Source of the DNA: Planctomycetota bacterium
GTDB taxonomy: Bacteria > Planctomycetota > UBA8108 > SXIK01
DNA length: 64,000 nucleotides
Assembly: GCA_965223845.1 (NCBI GenBank)
Contig: CBDCXR010000004.1
Location: 288,001 to 352,000 of the forward strand
Direction of reading: 5' to 3'
Below the pieces are notes generated by a model, which saw only the letters and a program-made list of their open reading frames with translations, was not told the origin of the DNA and searched no databases. This document shows, piece after piece, positions 49,242 through 58,200 of the stretch (position 1 is its first letter; the number at the start of each line of letters is the position of its first letter). A program made the position numbers and the translations under genes.

Positions 49242-51020
49242 ATGAGTCGTGATTCGGTCAGCGGCAATCCACTCGAAGGAAGACTCCGCGAAGCGGTTCG
49301 GCGGGTCCGGAGCTCGCCCATTCCCGACGCGTCGCTCTCACGCGCGCTCGATCGAGCCGCCGCCATCGCGGCTAACGCGAAAGTCGACGAAGCAGCGCCC
49401 GGGCCGGATTCGACTCGGCCCCGAGCGGTGGACATTCGAGCGATCGGCTGGTTCGCCGCGATCGCGGCATCGATCCTAGCAGTCGTGCTTCTCTTCTTCG
49501 CGTCCGCCTCACCGCGCGAGGGGCTCGCCGAGGTCGTTCGCGCCTTCGCCGAGAAGGATTGGGTTCATGTGAAGTCGCGCGACGTCGAGCGCGGCGAAGT
49601 TCCGCGCGAGGCAGAGATTTGGTTTTCCACTCGGAACCGCATTCACTTTCGTCGCGATGCCGAGTGGATCGAGATGCACGACCACCAGAGTGAGGTTTCG
49701 CTGTCGTACAATCGGCGCGAGAACCGGCTCGTGCGCGTTCCTTACGGAGAGATCGCGACTCCGTTCTATTCGAGCGTGTTCGACGTGATGCGCGCACTTT
49801 TCGAGGTGAACGAAGACGTCGAGAACCCGCTCGCCCTCGTTGCGGAGCTCGACGATGATCTCGCCGGTATCGAGTTTGTCGCCGGCGGGCGCACGACGGT
49901 CGAGGAAGAGGGTCGCACACTCACGGAGTTTCGCATCGAGGCGCGACACCCGCGGGTTTCGGGTCCGCTCTCGATCGTCGTTCGCGCGGACGCGACGTCT
50001 CTCCTCCCTGAGTCCGTCGACCTGTCCGGCTCGCTCGACGGGTCCGCCTTTCGATCGTCCGCGTTCTTCTCCTACCCGGATCCAGGGCCGAGCGACGTCT
50101 ACTCGGTTGGCGTCCCGCGTGGTACTCCGGTCGCAGAACGGCGACCCGAAGTCGACGTGTCGGCCGTCGCCGAGGGAATGCGGCGAGCTAGGCGAGAGTT
50201 CGACGACCACCTCACGATCTCGGTCTCGCGGCTCGTCACGCCGGGATCCGCGAACGCCTGGTGGTTGGGCCACCCGGTGATCTTCTACCGAAAAGGAGAC
50301 CTGTTCCGCGTCGATTTCGTGCGCTTGTCGGCGAGTGGCACTCCGAGGCTGGAGCGGCCCCCGAACGACGCGGATCCTGAATCGTGGTGGAGAGAGCGCG
50401 TTCGCGCCCTCAGCTTTGCGCCGAAGGTCATCCTCTCGGACGACAAAGCCTACTGGCTTCGCGACGTCGACCCGCGGTCGCCCGAACCGAAGGTCCGGGT
50501 CGAGCACGTCGATGAGAAGTACCCGTTTTCGTTCCGTTCCGAGTTTTTCCTCCCGCCCTACTGCGGTTGGGCGCCCGAGTTCATTGCCCGTCCCTCGCTC
50601 GGCATTCCGGATCGAACGCGCGCGCTCTTCCTTCGACCCTCGCCTCTGGAGGTCGCTCCTCGGGCGCTCCAAATGCGCCTCGAGCCGCGGCCGCGATTGC
50701 GCGAAGCGAGGAGCGAGGGACGAGAGAAGCACCGTTCGCTCGCGGTAGGGGATTTTTGGGTCGATCCCACTCGCGGCTTTGCGGTGGTGAAGAGTGATTG
50801 GCTGGTTGTCGAGGAGTTCGCTGAGACACCTGCCGGTGGATGGTATCCGCGCGTCGTCCGTGAGCCGCGCACCGCCCGGTCAAGATCGGGCTCGCCGCGC
50901 GAAGAAACCGATTTCGACTCTCTGCGGACGTTCTATGTCGACTTCGACACGAAACTTCCGGACGAGCTCTTCGACCCGAACGCGCCGCTTGTTGGCGCAG
51001 AGGCGTTTTCGACCAATTGA
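49242..51020 (+). CDS. Probable anti-sigma factor with a large extracytoplasmic domain
   Basis: Follows the ECF gene; single TM WFAAIAASILAVVLLFF. Confidence 0.7.
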   Translation: MSRDSVSGNPLEGRLREAVRRVRSSPIPDASLSRALDRAAAIAANAKVDEAAPGPDSTRPRAVDIRAIGWFAAIAASILAVVLLFFASASPREGLAEVVRAFAEKDWVHVKSRDVERGEVPREAEIWFSTRNRIHFRRDAEWIEMHDHQSEVSLSYNRRENRLVRVPYGEIATPFYSSVFDVMRALFEVNEDVENPLALVAELDDDLAGIEFVAGGRTTVEEEGRTLTEFRIEARHPRVSGPLSIVVRADATSLLPESVDLSGSLDGSAFRSSAFFSYPDPGPSDVYSVGVPRGTPVAERRPEVDVSAVAEGMRRARREFDDHLTISVSRLVTPGSANAWWLGHPVIFYRKGDLFRVDFVRLSASGTPRLERPPNDADPESWWRERVRALSFAPKVILSDDKAYWLRDVDPRSPEPKVRVEHVDEKYPFSFRSEFFLPPYCGWAPEFIARPSLGIPDRTRALFLRPSPLEVAPRALQMRLEPRPRLREARSEGREKHRSLAVGDFWVDPTRGFAVVKSDWLVVEEFAETPAGGWYPRVVREPRTARSRSGSPREETDFDSLRTFYVDFDTKLPDELFDPNAPLVGAEAFSTN

Positions 51021-51029
51021 AGCTAGTGA

Positions 51030-52235
51030 GTGAGTATCACCATGCTGAGACCTTTCCCGCGCGTGCTCGTGTTGGCGGCGTTGATTACCTCGAGCGTCAG
51101 CTCCGAAGAGACCGCGGCCGCGGATCCCGAGGAGATCTTTCGCGAGTTGAAGAGCGAGTGGGACGAACGCGGACGCAAAGAAACGGAGCCCCTTCGCCGC
51201 GCCGAAGGAGACGAACGCCTGCGGATCCGAGACGAGCTCTTTCGACGCTACCGGGCGTCGGCGCCGCGCTACGCGAGCAAGTTCTTGCGTCTCGCTGAGG
51301 ACGCACCGAATCACCCGATCGCCGTCGATGCACTTCTTTGGGTCGTATCGAACTTGAACTCGATGCCGGAAGCGGATCGAGCGGTCGAAGTGCTCACCGA
51401 GCGCTACATCGACGATCCGAAGGTGGTCTCTTACATCCTCCGTCTCGGACACTGGGTCTATCCCGCCGATGAGCCGCTTCTTCGCGCGCTCGCCAGTGCG
51501 ACCGACCGCCGCGAAGTTCGCGGCGTGGCGATGTTTCGTCTCGGCGAGACGCTCGCCACGAAATCGGTCTGGGCGCGGCAGCTGAAGCTCGATCCGTCGG
51601 GAACACTGGACGACTTCATCGCGAAGCCGCGCGCACTCGGACCGGGCGTTCTCGCGCATCTCGAGTCACTCGACGCCGACGCGCTCGAAACCGAAGCGGC
51701 GAGTCTGTTCGAAGAGATCGCTGAGAAGTTCGCGGACGTCACGCACGGTGCCGCGACGCTCGGCGTCGCTGCTACCCGCGAACTCGACGAGATGAGGCGT
51801 CTCGCGATCGGAAAACCCGCGCCTGAGGTCAGTGGGGAAGACATCGATGGTGTGAGATTCAAGCTGAGTGACTACCGCGGAAAAGTCGTCGTTCTTTCCT
51901 TTTGGGGGCACTGGTGAGGACCGTGCCGGGTCAAGTACCCCGCCGAGCGGTCGCTCGTCACTCGCCTCAAAGATCGACCCTTTGCCCTCCTCGGAGTGAA
52001 CAGCGATGAAGATCGCGAGAAGCTCAAAAAGACGATTCGGACCGAGAAGATCACCTGGCGGTCGTGGTGGGACGGTGGAAGCACTCGAGGGCCGATCGCC
52101 CGCGCTTGGAACGTCACCGGGTGGCCGACGACGTACGTGATCGACGCGCGCGGGGTGATCCGGTTCAAGTTCGTGTTCACGGACTCGGTGGGACCGATCG
52201 TGGATGCGTTGCTTGAGGAGGTGAAGGAACGGTGA
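51030..52235 (+). CDS. Exported TlpA/redoxin-family protein, probable selenoprotein (UGA at 51915-51917)
   Basis: GKPAPE..LSDYRGKVVVLSFWGHW-TGA-GPCRVKY continues in frame into ORF 51996-52235 (WNVTGWPTTYVID); UxxC active site. Confidence 0.85.
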
Positions 52236-52299
52236 CGAGCGGGAGCGGGAACGGGAACGGGAACGCGGCACGAAAGATCCTTCGCCACGGGAGAGATTC

Positions 52300-53439
52300 A
52301 TGGACATTTCGGCTCAGACGATCGCAGGTCGGTCAGCTCAACACCAGATCGAACGCGCGATTCGTGCTTCGATCGTTGCCGTCGTCCTCGTCGTCGCTGG
52401 TCGCGCACTCGGGGGCGACTCACCGAGCTCGCGATGGACTCGGTCGACCGTCTTTCGCGGGAGTGAGTTTCCGTTCGTCGGCGTCGCATTCAGCGCAGAC
52501 TCGAAAACGCTCGTCGCGAGCGACCGTGCGTCCGTGCGCGTCTGGGACGTTGGTGCGCCGGAGCCCAGGATCGTACTGCCGGGGAAACAGCAGACGAAGA
52601 GTGGGCTCGACGCGCCGCCTCGCGGGCGACCGCGGGAGGTGCCGTCGAGATTCGGCACGATTGCAATCTCTCCGGACGGCCGACGGATCGCGACGGGGGG
52701 ACTCCCCGCGCGAGTCACTCTTTGGAACGTCGAGACGGGGATGATCTCAAGGCAGCTCGAAGCCGAGGGCTCGATTCGGTCGTTCGCGTTTTCTCCGAAC
52801 GGCGAGCAGCTCGCCGCAGGTGTCGACCTCGGCGCGGCCGGAAACTACGTCCAGGTGTGGAACACGGCCGACTGGTCGGAGCGAGGAGTGTTGAAGGGAC
52901 ACCGCGGCCGCGAGAGTCCGCTCCGCGGCGGAACGATCGAGAGTCTCGCGTACTCGGGAGACGGGAATCTCCTCGTTTCGGGGAGCTGGGACGGCACGGT
53001 CAAGCTTTGGGATACGCAAGCGATGCGCGAGCTGAAGGCGATCCCGCACGAACACCCGGTCGTCCGGGTCGATCTTTCGTCCGACGGAAAGACTCTCGTT
53101 TCGTCTCAGTGGAAGCGAGTCCCATCGAAGCCGGGTCGATACGAAGCGTGCTTCACCAAGATCTGGGATCTCGATTCGGGGCGAGCGGATCGCACGCTCG
53201 AAGACACGAAACTCGTCTATGGAGTGAAGTTCTTCCCGGACGCGACGAAAGTCGCGACGGGAACGCAGGATCGCCTTCTGCGAATCTGGGACACCCGGTC
53301 GGGCCGTGAGCTCGAAGCGCTGCGTCACGACGCGATGATACGGGCGTTCGCGATCGCGCCAAACGGTCGATCGATCGCGGTGGCTTCTCACGATCGCACG
53401 GTGGTCTTGTGGACTCGGACGCGAAACGGTGGGCCGTGA
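52300..53439 (+). CDS. WD40 repeat protein
   Basis: Repeated AFSPDG, SGSWDGTVKLWD and LRIWD motifs. Confidence 0.92.
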   Translation: MDISAQTIAGRSAQHQIERAIRASIVAVVLVVAGRALGGDSPSSRWTRSTVFRGSEFPFVGVAFSADSKTLVASDRASVRVWDVGAPEPRIVLPGKQQTKSGLDAPPRGRPREVPSRFGTIAISPDGRRIATGGLPARVTLWNVETGMISRQLEAEGSIRSFAFSPNGEQLAAGVDLGAAGNYVQVWNTADWSERGVLKGHRGRESPLRGGTIESLAYSGDGNLLVSGSWDGTVKLWDTQAMRELKAIPHEHPVVRVDLSSDGKTLVSSQWKRVPSKPGRYEACFTKIWDLDSGRADRTLEDTKLVYGVKFFPDATKVATGTQDRLLRIWDTRSGRELEALRHDAMIRAFAIAPNGRSIAVASHDRTVVLWTRTRNGGP

Positions 53440-53554
53440 TCGTACTGTGACGGTGAGGTTGTATCGTAACGATGATCGAAACCGGGGACTGTGACACGGT
53501 GTCGCGCGGGTTCAACGAATCCCGTAGGGTGAACCGAGGAGTCAGGTTGATTCC

Positions 53555-54022
53555 ATGGCTCAACGCTTTTTTGATCGCCGCACTCTCGTCCTCGGACTAA
53601 CCGCCGCGGTGTGCGCCTACGGAATCGGCGAGGGGATCGTGGCTCCGGACGATCCCACGGGCGACCCCGTCGACCGATCCTTAGGCGCCGTCTGGGCGGA
53701 AGTGGTTCACCGGGTCGAGTCCGTCTCCCGCGACGACGTTTTTTCCGTCTACCGAGACGCGATCGCCCATCTGGAGCTCGTGTCGGACGAAGGGGCGGTG
53801 GAGTTTTTTTTCGACCGCATCGAAGCCGGCGGCGATGACTGCTTGACCGCAGGTAAGCTGCTCTGTTGGGTGAACGAGTTGTGTTCGTACCGGCCTCGAA
53901 TCGGGCTCCCTGCCCACGTTCGATTCGGATGGGACGGCGTGGAGGGTGAGTGCGGCGAGTATCTCTACGAGGTCCTACCTCGTCGAACCCCGGACGTGTT
54001 ACGTCGGAGAACCGAGCGATGA
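53555..54022 (+). CDS. Hypothetical exported protein
   Basis: 155 aa with an RRTLVL signal-like N-terminus; ATGA overlap with the next gene. Confidence 0.55.
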   Translation: MAQRFFDRRTLVLGLTAAVCAYGIGEGIVAPDDPTGDPVDRSLGAVWAEVVHRVESVSRDDVFSVYRDAIAHLELVSDEGAVEFFFDRIEAGGDDCLTAGKLLCWVNELCSYRPRIGLPAHVRFGWDGVEGECGEYLYEVLPRRTPDVLRRRTER

Positions 54023-54510
54023 CCACCGATTCGCCAGTTCGCCGATCGTTGAGCGCGATCTTGCTGGGGGTGCTCGTTGGCGGAGGTGTCTTCGCCGCAC
54101 TCCGCTGGGAGCGCTGCGTCGAGCGCTGGAATCTGCGTGCGCTCGAATCGCCGGAGCTCTCCGTGAAAGCACTGGCCGCGCTTCGACTCTCGCGAATCGG
54201 ATCGGAAAGCGCGATTCGCGGACTGGTGCGCGCCATTCGTTCCGATCCGACCGAACGGGCGTGTTTGTCCTTCCTTCCGCTCAACGCCCCAAACGTCCAA
54301 ACCTGCGGCGGCCATTGGCTATCGCTTCCTCCGATGACGTACGCACTCTATCTCGCCGGTCCCGCGATGGATTCCGTCCTCGCGGAAGAGATCCGAGCGA
54401 TTCCCTATGGCGAGGGCGCTCCGACTTTGAACCTCGTGCGCCGCAGCTGGGAGTTCGACTGGACGGTCGACCTCCAGGATCCGTCGAAGTGGGATGATTG
54501 GGGTGACTGA
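54019..54510 (+). CDS. Hypothetical membrane-anchored protein with HEAT-like segment
   Basis: TM helix, then AALRLSRIGSESAIRGLVRAI. Confidence 0.55.
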   Translation: MTTDSPVRRSLSAILLGVLVGGGVFAALRWERCVERWNLRALESPELSVKALAALRLSRIGSESAIRGLVRAIRSDPTERACLSFLPLNAPNVQTCGGHWLSLPPMTYALYLAGPAMDSVLAEEIRAIPYGEGAPTLNLVRRSWEFDWTVDLQDPSKWDDWGD

Positions 54511-54571
54511 TTCGTAGTCTTGAGCACCGCCCAGTCCCTCGGCATTCGAGCTCGGAACTGCCCCATCCCCA

Positions 54572-54946
54572 TCATCGCCGCCGCCCGCGCCGCGGCTTCG
54601 CCGCCACCTGCCAGCCATCGCAGTACACCACGATTCCCGGGTCCGCGCAGGTGTGCATACGAACCGGCACGCCGTGTTCCCGAAGCAGGGCCGCGACGCT
54701 TCGCGTCTTCGCCATCGGCCGCGTTGCGTGCGGGCGAAACCAGCAGATCGCTCGGCGATTCTCCCAGTCGTCGAGACACGCCGGGACCTTGAGGTGCATG
54801 TTGAGCCAAGCGAGATCCTCACGAAACCAGTCGATCTCGTAAGCCTCGAGGGCTCCGGCGTTCTCCAGTATCCCGGCGGCGTGGATCACTCCGAGGAGTG
54901 ATCCCGAATCGCGATCGATCTCTTGTGTGGTGAAGCGAACGTACAC
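54572..54946 (-). CDS. Hypothetical protein
   Basis: GTG start YVRF...WLNMHLKVP...AICWF...PGIVVYCDGWQVAA; protein-like composition. Confidence 0.6.
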   Translation of the reverse strand: MYVRFTTQEIDRDSGSLLGVIHAAGILENAGALEAYEIDWFREDLAWLNMHLKVPACLDDWENRRAICWFRPHATRPMAKTRSVAALLREHGVPVRMHTCADPGIVVYCDGWQVAAKPRRGRRR

Positions 54947-55221
54947 GGTTCTTTCCCGCGGGCGAACCCATCGAACGAGACTTTGAAGCGGCTCCGCACG
55001 GCGCGAAGAAATGAACGAGACGGCGCTCCTTCGGGAGATCTTGCGGAAAAAAGTCGTGTTCTCTTCGTTCGCTCGCAATTCTGGTCGGAGCCACGCGCCT
55101 CCTCGAGGGCTCTCTTTTTCTCGTGGTCTCGGATACGCTTGACCGAAACGCGCTGCGCCCGGATCGAGAAGATCCGGGGCCGCCGAACTGCGCACCTCCG
55201 AGCTCGAGGAGAGAGACGACC

Positions 55222-58200
55222 ATGCCACCGCGTCGATCGTTCGCTCGTTTGCTTCTCTCGTGCGTACTCGTCTCGAGCGCGTCGCTCGCAGGCACGAGCC
55301 TCGTCCGCGCCGCCGACTGCAACGGCAACGGCGTCGACGATGCGAGCGATGTCGAATCAGGAACGAGCGACGACTGCAATCTCGATGGCGTTCCGGATGA
55401 GTGCGAGGTCGCCGCGCTCCGCTTCGGCGCGACGGATGCGGTCGTCCCGCTCGATCAGCGTGCGCGCGTCCTTCGATCCGTGGACGTCGACGGCGATGGC
55501 GACATGGATCTCGTCACCGGGAACCGCCAGTCGCGACAGCTTTCGACTGTGTCGGTACTGCGGAATCGCGGCGACGGAACGTTCGAAAGCGCCGCGTACT
55601 CAGCGGCGATCGATGACGAGACGGACAGCCTCTACGCACTCGAGATCCTCGACCTCGATGGCGACGGCGATCCGGATCTCGTCTCGGCGAACGAGGCCGC
55701 GCTCCTTCTTCTTTTCAACGAGGACGGGCGCGGCGAGTTTTCCCCGCCCGTGTCCGTTCCGCTCCCGGTGGAGAGCCGCATCATCGCGAGCGGCGATGTC
55801 GACGGCGACGGGCACAAGGATGTCGCCGTCGCTCACCGAGGAGGCGGGGCGGTCACGATCCTCCGGAGCGACGGTGCAGGCGGACTCTCTCCGGCGGGCG
55901 AGCTCGAGCTCCCCGAGGAGGCGCGATCTCTCCGCCTCGCTGACTTCGATGGCGACGGCCGGACGGATCTCGCGAGCGCCGGACGATCTGCGGACGGAAT
56001 CTTCTTCCTCGGTGACGGCGCCGGGGGATTCGGTCCGGCGGCGACGGTTTCGCTCGGGGCTCGAAGCGCCGAGCTCGCCATCGCGGCCGACCTCAACGCC
56101 GACGGACGCGCGGATCTCGTCGCGCGCACGTCCCGCTCTCTCTTCGTGGTGTTCGCCGGTGACGAAGGCGGTTTCGCCCCGCCGGTCGCGATTCCCGGCG
56201 TTCCGCGGTCGGCGCTCGCCGCCGACGCGGACGTCGACGGAGACTTCGACCTCGTCATCGGACAGATCGGCAAAGTGACCGTGCGGACGAACGACGGCGC
56301 CGGCCGCTTCGGAATCTCCTTCGACTCCGTTCTCCCGACGAATCCGATCGCGCTCGCTGCCGGTGACTTCGATGGCGATCATGTGCCTGATCTCGCCCTC
56401 GCGGCGGTTGCGGGCTCGACGTCGGAAGTGATCGTCCTCCGCGGCGGAGCCGAGAGCGCCGCGAGTGTCGTGTCCGACCCAGTCCCGCTCACCGGCTGCG
56501 CCGACCCACGCGGTTGCCGGCCGCATTCCGGTACATCGGGCGACTTCGATGGCGACGGCAAGCTCGAGGTCCTCGCGTCGATCACGCACCCGGGATCGTT
56601 CGCGATCACGACCACGAAGTCGGGCGATCTCGAATTCGAAGGAATCCATGTGTTCGGCGGTGAGCATCCACAATCGGTCGCGGCCGGCGACATCGACGGC
56701 GACGGCGACACGGACGCAGTGACGGTCGACAACCTCGACCACAATCTCTACGTGCACGTCAACGACGGCTCCGGCTCGTTCGGTCGTTCGCCGAGCCGGT
56801 ATCGCGTCGGCAACGCGCCGATCAACGTCGCGCTCTTCGACATCGACGGCGACGGCGCACTCGACGCCGCGAGCGCCGACGAGAGCGGCGGAACGGTGAC
56901 GGTCCTCTTCTCCGATGGGGCGGGTGATTTTTCGGACGGGAAGCAAACTCTCCGCGTCGGCGGCAACCCGAAGGCCGTCGCGGCCGGTGATCTCGACGGC
57001 GACGGCGACGGCGATGTCGCGGTTGCGATTCCCTCACGCGGACGGGTGAGCGTCCTTCTCAACATCGGCGAACGCAGGTTCGGCGAGGAGTCGAGCTACC
57101 AGACGAGCGGCCAACCGAATCACGTGACCATGGGAGATTTCGACGGGGACGGAGATCTCGATCTCGCGACGGCGAACAGCTCGCAGACCTCGTCGATTTT
57201 CCTCAACGCCGGCGATGGAACGTTCGGAGAGGCGACCCAGGTCGCGATCGGACAGCGGCCGTACTCCGTGATGGCGGTCGACTTCGACGGCGACGGCTGG
57301 CTCGACCTCGTGACGGGAAATGAAGCTTCGAGCAACGTCTCGATTCTCCCCGGCCGCGGCGATGGCACATTCGACGCGCCGACCCACGTCGAGGGCGGAA
57401 ACGGGCTTCGATTCGTCGCGCCGGGCGACTGGGACGAGGATGGCGACCTCGATCTCGCGACGATCGATCGCGAAGGGCACAGCATTACGATCCTCCGGAA
57501 CGAGTCGCCGGCGTCGCTTCCCGATTACCTCGAGCGCCTGTGCACGCCCCGAGAGTACGAGTTGCTCTCGGCTCGGTCGACGACTCGGGGCGGAGCGGAT
57601 CGCTTTCTCAAGTTTACGATTGCCGCGGACGACGACGACGCGCTCCTCCCCGCGGCGTTTCAGAACACCGATCGCTACGAGCTTCACCTCGATTTTCTCG
57701 AGCAGGTGTTCCCCGAGCGCTTCGGCGGGCTGACGCCGGCGGAGTACGCGCAGCTCGTCGAGAAGCGGTCGACTCGGCGCTACTTCGCCGGAGTGGTCTC
57801 GCGCATCCGGCGCCCGACGGGAACCCTCTACGGATTCTCGGTCGTCGCGGACTTCGGCGATCCGGTGGAGCGACTCGACGCAGCAGAGATGAAGGACGTC
57901 TACGAGAGGCTGCGGCGTCACGTTCACCTCGAGCCCCTCGCGTACGCGCCGGCGACGCGCGACGCGATCGCGGTGGCGGAGGGGTGGGAGGATCCCGGGT
58001 TTCCCGTCGAGCTGGGCGACGCCGACGCGGGGCTCGCGTACGAGTCGTACACTTCCGGCATCGCTTACGGGCGAGTGCGCGTCCTCGATGGCGACGCGTT
58101 CGACGAAGCAAACGAGTCCGGGCGCCTCAGCGCACGGGACATCCTCGTCCTCGAGCGGGCGCCGCGGGATATCGAGGGAGTCGTTGGCGGAGTGATCACG

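Noticed and set aside
51996-52235. Separate small redoxin gene
   Set aside because: It is the in-frame continuation of 51030-51917 past a UGA at the catalytic Cys position.
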